Source of the DNA: Myxococcales bacterium
GTDB lineage: Bacteria; Myxococcota_A; UBA9042; JABWCM01; BTVJ01
Direction: 5' to 3'
Length of the DNA: 64,000 nucleotides
Assembly (NCBI GenBank): GCA_045863395.1
Contig: BTVJ01000004.1
Coordinates: 152,132-216,131 of the forward strand
Shown here piece after piece: positions 9,246-19,305 of this stretch. The notes beneath the pieces are model-generated. The model had not been told where the DNA came from, made no database searches, and saw nothing but the letters and a program-made list of their open reading frames with translations. A program made the position numbers and the translations under genes. Within the stretch, counting starts at the first letter, position 1; each line of letters begins with the position of its first letter.

Positions 9246-9737
9246 TCAGCGCTGCCTGCGGTTCCACTCCGCCCGCGCCTCGCTGCCGGCGGCGCCGAGG
9301 GTCGGGTCGAGGCGCTGCGCCTGGTCGAAGGCCATCCGGGCGCGCTCCGTGAGCCCCTGGAGCAGGAGCGCGTCCCCCAGGCGGGCCCACAGGGTGGCCT
9401 CGTCACGCCGGGTGAGGGCCTGGGCATAGGCGGACTGGGCCGCGCCCCCCTGGCCGGCGGCGAGCATGGCGTCTCCGAGGGCCGCCCAGGCGTCGGGGCT
9501 GCCCTCGTCACGGTCGACGGCGTGGGTCGCCGCGATGCACGCCTCCGACCGCCGCCCGAGGAGCCCCAGGGCCCGGGCGCGCACGACGTGCACGGCGGCC
9601 ATCCCGTCCCACCGCGGCAGCAGGGAGGCGCACAGGCCGAGGGCGCCGACGGCGTCGCCCGACGCGAGGAGGGCATCGGCCTGGAGCAGTGCGCGCGCGA
9701 CGTCTTCCAGCGCGCTCCGTTCGGGGTCCGTGGTCAC
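9246..9737 (-). CDS. TPR-repeat protein (start uncertain)
   Basis: AWAALGDAMLAAG..A..AY.QAL and LWARLGDALL..G....A..AF..A TPR units. Confidence 0.75.
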   Translation of the reverse strand: MTTDPERSALEDVARALLQADALLASGDAVGALGLCASLLPRWDGMAAVHVVRARALGLLGRRSEACIAATHAVDRDEGSPDAWAALGDAMLAAGQGGAAQSAYAQALTRRDEATLWARLGDALLLQGLTERARMAFDQAQRLDPTLGAAGSEARAEWNRRQR

Positions 9738-9967
9738 TGGTCGGCTCCGGGGCTCGCTCGCCCGCAGGGTCACGGGGCGCTCGGTGGCGCGTGGAGGGGT
9801 GACTGCGAGCGCCCCCACAATGACACAGGCGCAGGCGGGGCGCCACAACGACGCAGCCCGTCGCGGCTTCGAACCCGGACACACCGGTTCCACCTCGACC
9901 GGCGGTCGATCACCCCTTGACGCTCGCCCGTCACCGCGCCCTACAATGCGCGCCCAAGGAGGCCCCC

Positions 9968-10606
9968 ATGAAGCGTGGACTCTTGCTCGTCATCGTGGCG
10001 CTGTGGGGCTGCAACCCGACCTTCGCCCCGCCGGTTCGCAGCGGCATGTACGGCGCTCCCGGGCGCCTCGTCGACTCCAGCTTCGAGGTGGGCGGGTCCA
10101 GCACCCAGCGCGGCATGGGTGGCCTGTTCGAGGGCTTCGTCGTCGCCCCGGGGCTCGCCGTGGAGGTTGGCGGCGATCTCTCGGCCCTCGACGACGACGC
10201 CCGGTGGGCCATGGGCTGGGTCGGGGCACGCTACACCATCGACCAGGTCCGCCAGCAGAGCGGCGATGGGCTCTCGATGGACGTCGAGGCCGGCTTCGGC
10301 GCTGGCGTCGGCGGCCGCCTCGCCGACGACGACACCCAGTGGTTCGACCGCCCGGCCGGCGGCGGCTACGTGGGCTTCGGCCTCGGCTGGCACGCCGAGT
10401 GGTTCACGGCCTTCGGGCGCGGCCGCCTCCAGGTCACGGGAGCCGAGGACGTGCCCGTCACCTTGTGGTGGCAGGCCGTCATCGGCCCCGAGGCCGCCAT
10501 CGGCCCGGTGTCCCTCTACGTCGCCATCGGGTGGGGTGGGTACACCAACGAGGCGGACAACAACAGCGGAGGCCTGCTGGACGTGGGGGCGTCCGTGCAC
10601 TTCTGA
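9968..10606 (+). CDS. Hypothetical lipoprotein/outer-membrane beta-barrel-like protein
   Basis: AAGGAGG RBS; lipobox LWGC; Gly/aromatic amphipathic strands; terminal Phe. Confidence 0.7.
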   Translation: MKRGLLLVIVALWGCNPTFAPPVRSGMYGAPGRLVDSSFEVGGSSTQRGMGGLFEGFVVAPGLAVEVGGDLSALDDDARWAMGWVGARYTIDQVRQQSGDGLSMDVEAGFGAGVGGRLADDDTQWFDRPAGGGYVGFGLGWHAEWFTAFGRGRLQVTGAEDVPVTLWWQAVIGPEAAIGPVSLYVAIGWGGYTNEADNNSGGLLDVGASVHF

Positions 10607-10696
10607 TCGAGGCCGTCGACACACCCGCACATGGGCGTGGTGACAGAGGGCGGCTGCCGGCGTAGCATGGTCGTCCCTGGGGACGCGCGAGGGAGC

Positions 10697-12091
10697 ATGG
10701 CGCTGGCGATCAGGCTGATCCGTGCCTTGACCGTGTTCGGGCTCATCTTCACGAGCTACCTCGTGCAGATAGGGCTCGGGCGGCTCTTTGGGCGCTGGCA
10801 GACCGACCCGGAGACGGGGCGCGAGCGGAGGGAGCTACCGGACTGGCTCCACCGCCGGCGCCGCCAGGTGGACCTGAACAACGCGGGGCGGCTCCTGCGA
10901 GGCATCCTGAGGCTGCGGGGGGTCTACATCAAGCTCGGGCAGGTGCTGTCCATCATGGGGGGCTTCCTGCCGCGGGTGTACGCCAGGATCCTGGAGCCGC
11001 TCCAGGACCAGGTGCCCCCGCACCCCTTCTCTGACGTGGTGGGCACCTTCGAGCAGAGCTTCGGGCGGTCGATCCACGAGGCCTTCGACCACATCGAAGA
11101 GAAGCCCATCGCGTCGGCGTCGCTGGGCCAGGTGCACGTCGCCCACCTCCCCGACGGCACCAAGGTGGCGGTCAAGGTGCTCTACAAGGGCATCCGCGAC
11201 GTGGTGCGCGTCGACATGCGGGTCATCGGGCTGGCGGTCAAGGTCTACAAGTGGTTCGTCCCGGTCCAGGGGCTCGAGCGGGTGCACTCTTCGCTGGTGG
11301 ACCTGCTCCGGCGCGAGACGGACTACGAGCACGAGGCCGCCTGCATGGAGCGCATGGCCGCCAACTTCGCTGCGCAGCCCGACATCCTGTTTCCGTCGGT
11401 CGTCCGCGCGCTGTCGAGCCGCGACGTGCTGACAATGACATTCATGGAGGGGGTGAAGATCACCAACCTCGGGGCCATCGAGGCCCTGGGCGTCGAGCGG
11501 CGCAAGGTGGCGCACCGGCTCGTCCAGTCGTTCTACCAGCAGATCCTGGTGGACCGCTTCTTCCACGCCGACCCCCACCCCGGCAACTTCCTCGTGCAGG
11601 CGGACCCGGAGACCCACGCGCCGCGCATCGTCGTGCTGGACTTCGGAGCGGTGTGTGAGGTGGAGCCGCAGATGGTGGACGGGATGATCGACATCCTGCA
11701 GGGCATCTTCTTCAAGAAGAGCGAGCTGGTCCTCGGGGGCTTCCACAAGATGGGCTTCGTGGCGCAGGACGGAAACCGTGAGCTCCTCGAGCGGACGGTG
11801 ATGACCTACTTCCAGAAGCTCCTGTCCATCGAGCGATCCGCGGGCCAGCTCATGCGGGCCAGCACCCGGGAGCTGGAGAAGCTGGCAGACCCCGAGGTGG
11901 CGCGCATGGAGCTGCGGGAGCTGATGCGGTCCATCGAGTACCCGGAGGGGTGGTTCTACGTGGAGCGGGCGTCGGTGCTGCTGTTCTGGCTCGTCGGGCA
12001 GATCGAGCCGGACCTGGACAGCCTGACCATCGGGCTGCCCTACGTGATGCCGATCCTCGCGGAGCGCCAGCGACGCGCGGCAATGGGGTGA
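10697..12091 (+). CDS. ABC1/UbiB (AarF) family atypical protein kinase
   Basis: YIKLGQ, LQD, PIASASLGQVH, VAVKV, FHADPHPGN and LDFG motifs. Confidence 0.93.
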   Translation: MALAIRLIRALTVFGLIFTSYLVQIGLGRLFGRWQTDPETGRERRELPDWLHRRRRQVDLNNAGRLLRGILRLRGVYIKLGQVLSIMGGFLPRVYARILEPLQDQVPPHPFSDVVGTFEQSFGRSIHEAFDHIEEKPIASASLGQVHVAHLPDGTKVAVKVLYKGIRDVVRVDMRVIGLAVKVYKWFVPVQGLERVHSSLVDLLRRETDYEHEAACMERMAANFAAQPDILFPSVVRALSSRDVLTMTFMEGVKITNLGAIEALGVERRKVAHRLVQSFYQQILVDRFFHADPHPGNFLVQADPETHAPRIVVLDFGAVCEVEPQMVDGMIDILQGIFFKKSELVLGGFHKMGFVAQDGNRELLERTVMTYFQKLLSIERSAGQLMRASTRELEKLADPEVARMELRELMRSIEYPEGWFYVERASVLLFWLVGQIEPDLDSLTIGLPYVMPILAERQRRAAMG

Positions 12092-12696
12092 GCGTGGAGC
12101 CCGTCACCATCCGCCCCATGCGCCCCAGCGACGCCGAGGCCGTCGCTGACCTGGCCGAGCGGCTCATCGGACCCGGGTACTATCCGCCAGCGACGGTCCT
12201 GGAGTACCTGGCGCGCTCCACGGTGGGCGACGTCGTGTGCTCCCACGTGGCGCATGTCGGGGAGCGGCTGGTGGGCTTCCGGTTCGCGCTGCCGCCGGGG
12301 CGCTGGGAGGAGGGCCGCGGCCAGGGCCTGCACCCGGACCGGTGGCCCGCGCCGCTTCAGCGCTGCGCCTACTTCCAGTCGTCCTACGTCGATGACGCCT
12401 TCGCGGGGCGCCGCATCGGACGCCTGATGGCCCTTCAGGCCATCGCAGCCTTGAAGGCGCTCGGCGCCGCCGCCATCGTGACCCACTCCTGGAAGGAGTC
12501 ACCCCACGGCTCCTCGCTCCGCTACCTCACGCGCCTCGGCTTCGTGGCCGTGGCGGAGCTGCCCGCGTACTGGTCCGAGGTGGACTACGTCTGCCGGCTC
12601 GACGGCAAGCCGTGCCTGTGCACGGCCATCGAGATGGTGCTCGACCTGACCCGCCCGCAGGGGGCGGCGGAACACTCGCCCAAGGAGCATACGTGA
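12088..12696 (+). CDS. GNAT-family N-acetyltransferase with Cys-rich C-terminal tail
   Basis: TIRPMRPSD; YVDDAFAGRRIG acetyl-CoA motif; YLTRLGF; GTGA overlap with the upstream gene. Confidence 0.8.
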   Translation: MSVEPVTIRPMRPSDAEAVADLAERLIGPGYYPPATVLEYLARSTVGDVVCSHVAHVGERLVGFRFALPPGRWEEGRGQGLHPDRWPAPLQRCAYFQSSYVDDAFAGRRIGRLMALQAIAALKALGAAAIVTHSWKESPHGSSLRYLTRLGFVAVAELPAYWSEVDYVCRLDGKPCLCTAIEMVLDLTRPQGAAEHSPKEHT

Positions 12697-13853
12697 GCGT
12701 AGCGTACTGGCAGGACGCATCGGCGGCGCAGCCCGTCTGCGAGGTTGACATCTTGATCGTCGGCGCGGGGATCGCCGGGTGGTCCGTCGCGTACTGGCTC
12801 CGGGACGAGGGCCTGAGCGTGGCGGTGCTCGACCGGGGCGACCGCTGCGCCGGGGCGACGGGGCGCAACGCCGGCTTCGCGACCTGCGGCTCCGTGGAGC
12901 ACTACGCGCGGCAGGTCGCCAAGCACGGCCCGGAGCTGGCGCGGGAGCTGTGGGCGCTCTCCGAAGAGAACCTCCGGCTCCTGCGGAAGGAGCTCGTCGA
13001 CCGGGGCGTGGAGTGCGATTTCGTTCAGCGGGGCACGTACTCGCTGGCGGGCGGCGCCCACGAGCTGGAAGAGCTTGCGCGATCGGCGGAGCTGATGGCC
13101 AGCGAGGGCATCCGCGTCTCCATGGTCGACGAGGCCCACGTGCGGGAGCACCTGGGCGCCCGCGGCTTCGCGGGCGGCGCCCTCTACCACGACGACGGGG
13201 AGCTGCACCCGGTCAAGCTCGTCACGGGCATGGCCGAGCGGTCGGGGGCGGCGTTCTACCCCCACCACGAGGTGCACCGCATGGAGCAGGGGCCCGACGG
13301 GGTGGACGTGTGGACCCAGCGGCGGCGCTTCCGGGCGCAGGCGGTGGTGCTGGCGACCAACGGCTACTCCTACCTGCTCGACCCGTGGTTCGCCGACCGG
13401 ATCTACCCGACCCGCGGGCAGATCATCGTGACGGAGCCAGCGCCACCCTTCCTGGCCGCCCCGTGCTACGCCAACTTCGTGCTCGACTACTTCCGGCAGC
13501 TCCCCGACGGGCGCGTGCTCATCGGTGGCTTCCGCCAGCTCGCCAAGGAGACGGAGGTCGGGTCCGCCGACGAGCCGAACCCTGTGATCCAGGCCGCGCT
13601 GGAGGCGTTCCTCGAGGAGCACTTCGAGGCGCTGCACGGCAAGCGCATCGAGTACCGCTGGGCGGGCATCATGGGCTTCTCGGTGGACGGCGTGCCGCTC
13701 ATCGGGTCGCTCCCCGGCAAGCCGAGCGTCTACTTCGTCGGGGGCTTCACCGCCCACGGCATCGGCTTCGCGTTCAAGGCGGGGCAGCTCACCGCGCGGC
13801 TGATCACCCGCGGGGAGGCGCCCGGGCCGCTGAGCGCGCGGCGGCTCCGGTGA
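12693..13853 (+). CDS. FAD-dependent oxidoreductase (DAO/glycine oxidase/PuuB-like)
   Basis: DILIVGAGIAG, GATGRNAGF, VVLATNGY, RWAGIMG and GFTAHGIG; AAGGAG RBS; GTGA overlap. Confidence 0.9.
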   Translation: MSVAYWQDASAAQPVCEVDILIVGAGIAGWSVAYWLRDEGLSVAVLDRGDRCAGATGRNAGFATCGSVEHYARQVAKHGPELARELWALSEENLRLLRKELVDRGVECDFVQRGTYSLAGGAHELEELARSAELMASEGIRVSMVDEAHVREHLGARGFAGGALYHDDGELHPVKLVTGMAERSGAAFYPHHEVHRMEQGPDGVDVWTQRRRFRAQAVVLATNGYSYLLDPWFADRIYPTRGQIIVTEPAPPFLAAPCYANFVLDYFRQLPDGRVLIGGFRQLAKETEVGSADEPNPVIQAALEAFLEEHFEALHGKRIEYRWAGIMGFSVDGVPLIGSLPGKPSVYFVGGFTAHGIGFAFKAGQLTARLITRGEAPGPLSARRLR

Positions 13854-13864
13854 CGCGCCCCCCA

Positions 13865-13892
13865 TTGACTCGGGCGCCCGAACCAGGACACT
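13865..13892 (+). promoter_or_regulatory. Sigma70-like promoter, probably giving a leaderless mRNA
   Basis: TTGACT-N16-GACACT, then 7 nt to the ATG at 13900. Confidence 0.45.
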
Positions 13893-13899
13893 TGGCGAG

Positions 13900-15426
13900 A
13901 TGAAACGCACGCTCCCCCTCCTGCTGGTCGCGCTCGTCGCGTGTGCCGCCGAGGAAGAAGCCGCGCTCGGTGGCGCCGACGCCTCCGACGCGACGGGCAC
14001 CCTGGGCCGGACCCCGTTCGGCGGCTTCGACGGCTCCATGGGCACGGTGGACGTGGATGGGGGAGGCTCCCCGGACGTGGCATCCGTGGACACGGTTGTC
14101 CCGCCCCCGGATGCAGGAGGCGGGGAGTCCGACACCGGGGGAGCGGCACCCGACGCCGGCCCGGGCCCGGACGTCGGGGGGGTGGACGCCGCGGCGGACG
14201 CGGGCCCCGCCCTGCCCTTCACCTACTCGTGGGACGGGAGCTGGGAGCCTACCGCCGCCGACTTCCCGATGGCGGGCCTGCTGGACGACGAGTACTTCGA
14301 CGGGCACACCACCTGGGACGGCACGGTCTCGACGGTCCTTCCGCCTGGGTCCTGGGACTGGAACGACGCCACTGACGACTACGCCAACTACCGCAACTTC
14401 GAGGCGTCCATCGGCACCTTCGAGATGTTGGTCGACCCCTGGGGCAACCACTACGGCTGGACGGTGGTGGGAAATACGCCGGAGGCCATCGACTTTTCCG
14501 GGGCGGCCGCCTACTGGGAGGGGAGCCCGGGCGTGGAGCGGCTGAACCTGGGGCCTGGCGGGCTCCTGCACAGCTACACGAGCGGAAATCTCGGGGACGG
14601 ACCCGACGAGCTGGTCTTCGAGGCGGCCTGGTCCCTGGACTTCAGGACCGGCTCCACGCTGACGGGCTCGCTGCGAGACAATGATCGGGTCGTCGCCGGC
14701 TGCGGCGAGCAGCCCGACGCCAGCTACCCGATCTTCTCGTGCTCCATCCACACGGGCCCGGGCACCGACCTGGTCTTTGCGCGCGACATGAAGGGCGCGG
14801 CCGTGGACCTTGGCAACGGCGACCACGGAAGGACGGACACCCTCGACCCCACCGACGGGGACGACGTGGTCGTGCTGCGGGGGAACATGCGCGACTTCCG
14901 CGTGTTCGGCGGCATGGGGGACGACACCTTCTTCTGGTTCGCGGACGAGGGGAAGGAGTCCATCGCCTTCTTCGGCCCCAACTTCTTCGGCGGCGGCGGC
15001 GCCGGCGAGGCGCTGTGGGGGGACCCGGGCACGGATCGCCTGGTGTTCGCGATCCCCACGGACACGCCCATCGTGCAGAGCTTCCAGGGACCCACCGGAA
15101 AAGGGACGCTCCGGGTCTGGAGCCTGGCGGACTACAAGAGCGAGATCTGGTGGGACGCGCCGGTGGACCACGACCCCTACGCGAAGTACTGCATCACGTG
15201 TGGGTTCGGCCCCGCCGGGGAGCGGACCGTCACCTTCGAGTACATCTCCAACAACGATGTGGTGCACACGGGCTACTTCTGGGTGACCGCCGTGGAGGAG
15301 ATCCAGATCGGGCTCGGGCCCGGCGCCAAGGTCTTTGCGCTCGACTCCAAGACGGCCACGCTGACGCCACTCCCGGGGGCGGTGGTGGCCGAGCCGCCGC
15401 CCTTCCCCGCCGGGGTCTGCGACTGA
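13900..15426 (+). CDS. Hypothetical acidic lipoprotein with degenerate RTX-like Ca-binding repeats
   Basis: Lipobox LVAC; D/G/A/P-rich linker; VFGGMGDDTF, DGDDVVVL and GDPGTDRL motifs. Confidence 0.75.
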   Translation: MKRTLPLLLVALVACAAEEEAALGGADASDATGTLGRTPFGGFDGSMGTVDVDGGGSPDVASVDTVVPPPDAGGGESDTGGAAPDAGPGPDVGGVDAAADAGPALPFTYSWDGSWEPTAADFPMAGLLDDEYFDGHTTWDGTVSTVLPPGSWDWNDATDDYANYRNFEASIGTFEMLVDPWGNHYGWTVVGNTPEAIDFSGAAAYWEGSPGVERLNLGPGGLLHSYTSGNLGDGPDELVFEAAWSLDFRTGSTLTGSLRDNDRVVAGCGEQPDASYPIFSCSIHTGPGTDLVFARDMKGAAVDLGNGDHGRTDTLDPTDGDDVVVLRGNMRDFRVFGGMGDDTFFWFADEGKESIAFFGPNFFGGGGAGEALWGDPGTDRLVFAIPTDTPIVQSFQGPTGKGTLRVWSLADYKSEIWWDAPVDHDPYAKYCITCGFGPAGERTVTFEYISNNDVVHTGYFWVTAVEEIQIGLGPGAKVFALDSKTATLTPLPGAVVAEPPPFPAGVCD

Positions 15427-15433
15427 GCCGCCC

Positions 15434-18367
15434 ATGATCGTGCTCCACGCTGCCCCGGTGGGGGATGTGCTCCTCTGGTGGGGGGAGAGGTCCGCAGCGG
15501 TGGGGGCGCGGTGGGCGGAGGGGGAGCCCCACCCGTCCTGTGTCCCGATCAGCGAGCCTCTCGGGGACTGGGCCAGCGGCGCGCAGGGCCGGGATGTGGT
15601 CGGGTGGCTCCCCTGCGCAGCGATCCCACTCCCGTCGACGCCGCTGCTGGGGGAGGTGGGTGGAGCCGTGCGCACCGCGCCGGTCCGCATCGCGGGCCTC
15701 GTGCTGGACCCGGCGGCGGAGCGGGAGCTGCTCACCCGTGATCGCACGGTGAGCGCCGGACCGCCGGTGGTGCTCGCAGGCCCGGAGGTCGGTGTCTGGG
15801 CCGGAGCCGCGCGGCTCGCCTCGTCCCTCGTGGCGCGACAGCGGATGCTGCCCTCCCTCCGGCGGGAGCCTTGGCGCGCGGTCTGGGAGCCGGTGCCCAC
15901 CGCGGCGGACGCCGAGGTGATCGCAGCGCTGGCGGCCGCGCTCCCTGCGGGGGGCCGGTGCATCCCGCCCCACCCCTCTGCACGCGACGCAGTGATGGCG
16001 GTGGTGGGGCGACACGTGGACGCCCTCGCCCGGGAGGAGCGGCCCCGAGTGGCCCCAGGGGGGTCCACCCACGCCCGGTGGGCCATGGCGCTGCGTGGGC
16101 CCGCGGACCCGGCGGCGCTCGCCGATGTTCCCGAGCGGGAGCTGGTCGCGCTCGAGGCGGCCCTCCGCGACTGGCGTGCCCCCCTGGATCTCGGGGAGGC
16201 GGCACCCTGGCGCCTCGCCCTGCGCCTGGAGGAGCCGTCCCGGGAGCAGGGGTGGACCCTGCGCCCGCTGCTGTGCCCCACCGACGACCCGAGCCTGCTG
16301 GTGGGGGTGGACGCGCCCTTCTCCGCGGCGACGGACTCCGCGGTCCTCCGCGCCCTGGCCCGGCCTGGGGCAGATCTGCGCGCCTTCGCCCTGGTCGCCC
16401 TGTCCCGGGCGGCGGCGGCGGCGCCGGTGCTGGCCGCCGCCTTCCGCGCCAGCCCGCCGCGGCCCGTGGCGCTGGACGCAGCGGACGCCTTCACGTTCCT
16501 CACGGAGACGGCGCTGCTGCTGGAGGCCGCGGGCTTCGTCGTGCTGCTGCCGTCATGGTTCACGGGCGCAGGCCGGCGCCTGACCGTGCGCGCCCAGGCC
16601 GAGGCCCCAACCATGAAGGCGTCCGCCGGGCTGCACATGGGGGCCGTCGTCCACGTGAACTGGCAGCTCGCGCTGGGCGACGAGGTGCTCACGCCCGGCG
16701 AGCTGGAGGAGCTGGCCGCCCTGAAGGCCCCGCTCGTGCGCCTGCGCGGCCAGTGGACGGTGGTGGACCCGGACCGCGTGCGGCAGGTGGTGGAGCGCTG
16801 GGGCCGCGGCGAGACGACGGTGCGCGAGCTGGCGCGGGCCGCCATCGGGGCAACCCCCGTGGCTGGGCTCCCGGTCTCGGGCGTGGACGCGACCGGAGCT
16901 CTCGGGGAGCTGCTCGACCGCCTGCTGGGCCGGTCTCCCGTGCCGGAGCTGCCACCGCCGACCGGCTTCCACGGGGCGCTCCGGCCATACCAATCTCGCG
17001 GGCTCGCGTGGCTCGCGTACCTGACGGACCTGGGCCTCGGCGCGTGCCTCGCCGACGACATGGGGCTCGGCAAGACGGTGCAGACCCTGGCGCTGGTGCT
17101 GCGGTCCCACCTCGCGGACCCGCGCCCGGTGTTGCTCGTGTGCCCGACATCGCTCCTCGCCAACTGGCAGCGGGAGGCGGCGCGCTTCGCGCCGTCGCTC
17201 CCCGTGCGCGTCTACCATGGCGCCGGGCGCGCCCTCCCCCAAGGCGGCCTCGCCCTGACGAGCTACGGGCTGTTGCTGCGGGACGTCGAGACCCTGCGGC
17301 GCGTGGAGTGGGCGGGCCTCGTGCTCGACGAGGCGCAGAACGTCAAGAACGCCGCCACGCGCCAGGCGCGGGCCGCGCGGGCCTTGCGGGCGTCGTGGCG
17401 GGTGGCGCTCACCGGGACGCCCGTCGAGAACCACGCGGGGGATCTCTGGAGCCTCCTCGACCTGCTCAACCCGGGCCTGCTGGGGTCGGCGGCGTCCTTC
17501 CAGCGCACCTTCTTCGACCCGATCCAGGGGGGCGACAAGGAGGCGGCGGCCCGGCTCCGGCGCCTGACCGCCCCCTTCGTGCTGCGGCGCCTCAAGACCG
17601 ACCCGGGCGTGGCCCCCGATCTGCCCCGCCGCCTCGTCACCACCGTCGCCTGCACCCTGACGCGGGAGCAGGCGACCCTGTACGAAGCGGTCCTCTCGGA
17701 GGCGAGGGCGGCGCTGGCCGAGGCGGAGGGCATGAAGCGCAAGGGGGTGGTCCTCTCGACGATCACGCGGCTCAAGCAGGTGTGCAACCACCCGGCCCAG
17801 CTCCTGCGGGACGGGTCCGCGGCGGCGGGGCGCTCCGGCAAGCTGGAGCGGGCGACGGAGATCCTGGCCGAGGTGGTCGACAGCGGGGGCGCGGCCCTGG
17901 TCTTCACCCAGTACGCCGAGATGGGGCGGCTCCTCGGGCGCCACCTGCGCGAGGCGCTCGGGCTGGAGGCGCCGTTCCTCCACGGGGGACTGCCCCGCGA
18001 CCAGCGGGACGCCATGGTGGAGCGCTTCCAGGCGGGAGGCCCACCCGTCCTCATCCTGTCGCTCAAGGCGGGCGGCACGGGCCTCAACCTGACCCGCGCC
18101 AACCACGTGCTCCACTATGACCGGTGGTGGAACCCGGCCGTGGAGGGCCAGGCCAGCGACCGGGCGTGGCGCATCGGGCAGCGGCGGCAGGTCCTGGTCC
18201 ACACGCTGGTCTGCGCCGGCACCTTCGAGGAGCGCATCGACGCGCTGCTCGCACGCAAGCGCCGCGTGGCCACGCAGCTCGTCGGCGCGGGCGAGGCCTG
18301 GCTGACGGAGCTCGGCGACGATGAGCTCCAGGAGCTGCTCGCGCTGCGGAAGGAGAGCGATGGCTGA
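15434..18367 (+). CDS. SNF2-family helicase/ATPase
   Basis: LRPYQ, LADDMGLGKT, LDEAQ, ALTGTPVEN, SLKAGGTGLNL and RWWNPAVEGQASDRAWRIGQ. Confidence 0.95.
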   Translation: MIVLHAAPVGDVLLWWGERSAAVGARWAEGEPHPSCVPISEPLGDWASGAQGRDVVGWLPCAAIPLPSTPLLGEVGGAVRTAPVRIAGLVLDPAAERELLTRDRTVSAGPPVVLAGPEVGVWAGAARLASSLVARQRMLPSLRREPWRAVWEPVPTAADAEVIAALAAALPAGGRCIPPHPSARDAVMAVVGRHVDALAREERPRVAPGGSTHARWAMALRGPADPAALADVPERELVALEAALRDWRAPLDLGEAAPWRLALRLEEPSREQGWTLRPLLCPTDDPSLLVGVDAPFSAATDSAVLRALARPGADLRAFALVALSRAAAAAPVLAAAFRASPPRPVALDAADAFTFLTETALLLEAAGFVVLLPSWFTGAGRRLTVRAQAEAPTMKASAGLHMGAVVHVNWQLALGDEVLTPGELEELAALKAPLVRLRGQWTVVDPDRVRQVVERWGRGETTVRELARAAIGATPVAGLPVSGVDATGALGELLDRLLGRSPVPELPPPTGFHGALRPYQSRGLAWLAYLTDLGLGACLADDMGLGKTVQTLALVLRSHLADPRPVLLVCPTSLLANWQREAARFAPSLPVRVYHGAGRALPQGGLALTSYGLLLRDVETLRRVEWAGLVLDEAQNVKNAATRQARAARALRASWRVALTGTPVENHAGDLWSLLDLLNPGLLGSAASFQRTFFDPIQGGDKEAAARLRRLTAPFVLRRLKTDPGVAPDLPRRLVTTVACTLTREQATLYEAVLSEARAALAEAEGMKRKGVVLSTITRLKQVCNHPAQLLRDGSAAAGRSGKLERATEILAEVVDSGGAALVFTQYAEMGRLLGRHLREALGLEAPFLHGGLPRDQRDAMVERFQAGGPPVLILSLKAGGTGLNLTRANHVLHYDRWWNPAVEGQASDRAWRIGQRRQVLVHTLVCAGTFEERIDALLARKRRVATQLVGAGEAWLTELGDDELQELLALRKESDG

Positions 18368-19184
18368 GCCGACCACAGGAGTCCAGGCGCGCTCGAAGCG
18401 CGGCGCCATGGGCGCGGCGTGGTGGTCACGGCGCTTCACCGAGGCGCTTGCCGCGCTGGACCCGGGCGGCAGGCTCCGCCGAGGGCGGGCCGCTGCGCGC
18501 AGGGGCGAGGTGGAGTCCGTCGAGGTCACGTCGGGGCGAGTCCGCGCAGTCGTAAAGGACACGGAGCCGCGGGAGGTCACCATCGGCTTCTCGGTCTTCG
18601 ACGAGGGCACCTGGACGGAGGTGGGCGAGGCCCTCCGCGCGCGCCCGCTCCTCGCCGCGCGCCTGCTCGCAGGAGAGGTGCCGGAGGAGATCGAAGGGGT
18701 CTTCGCGGCGGCGGAGGCGGCGCTGTTTCCCGCGCGCATGTCCGACCTGAAGCTCGCCTGCTCCTGCCCGGACTGGGACATGCCCTGCGCCCACGTGGCC
18801 GCCGTCTTTGCGCTGGTGGCCGAGCGCCTGGACGCGGACCCCTTCCTGCTGCTGGCGCTGCGCGGCGGGACGCGGGAGCGGCTGGCGGGGCTGCTCGTGG
18901 AGGGGGCGGGCGAACCCGTCGCGGAGAGCCCGCCGGCCGACCCAGACACGCCGCTGGGGGGCACCCTCGTCGACCCGGTGGCGTTCTGGGCGGTCGGCCC
19001 CCTCCCGCTCATCCCGGTCGCAGCGCAACCCCCCACGGAGCTCCCGCTGCTGCGGGCGCTGGGCCCCCTCCCGTTCTGGAGCGCCGCCCCTCTCCTGGAG
19101 CTGCTGGCGCGCAGCCCCGGTGAGCCCGCCGCGCCGTCCGACGAAACGCGCCCCTGTCTGCTTGGCGTTGGCCCCATTTCGTGA
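18360..19184 (+). CDS. SWIM zinc-finger protein (partner of the SNF2 helicase)
   Basis: GRLRRGR; CSCPDWDMPCAHVAAV; DPFLLLALRG; overlaps the SNF2 stop. Confidence 0.9.
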   Translation: MAEPTTGVQARSKRGAMGAAWWSRRFTEALAALDPGGRLRRGRAAARRGEVESVEVTSGRVRAVVKDTEPREVTIGFSVFDEGTWTEVGEALRARPLLAARLLAGEVPEEIEGVFAAAEAALFPARMSDLKLACSCPDWDMPCAHVAAVFALVAERLDADPFLLLALRGGTRERLAGLLVEGAGEPVAESPPADPDTPLGGTLVDPVAFWAVGPLPLIPVAAQPPTELPLLRALGPLPFWSAAPLLELLARSPGEPAAPSDETRPCLLGVGPIS

Positions 19185-19305
19185 TAGCTCCACGGCCGAA
19201 CGAGATGCGCTCCGCTCCGGTGGACCTCCCGCGGGGTGCGGGGACGGTCACTCCCGGCGCCAGCGACGCGCACCCGATGGACCGCGTGACACCACGGAGG
19301 AGCCC

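Noticed and set aside
9860..9880. GGTTCGAAGCC T-loop-like motif suggesting a tRNA or tmRNA on the minus strand
   Set aside because: T-stem does not pair properly; no cloverleaf, anticodon arm or CCA end; too short for tmRNA. Kept only as a generic structured-RNA candidate
15434..19184. SNF2 + SWIM pair as a novel defence system
   Set aside because: A widespread, already described gene pair; no adjacent nuclease, methylase or other defence genes
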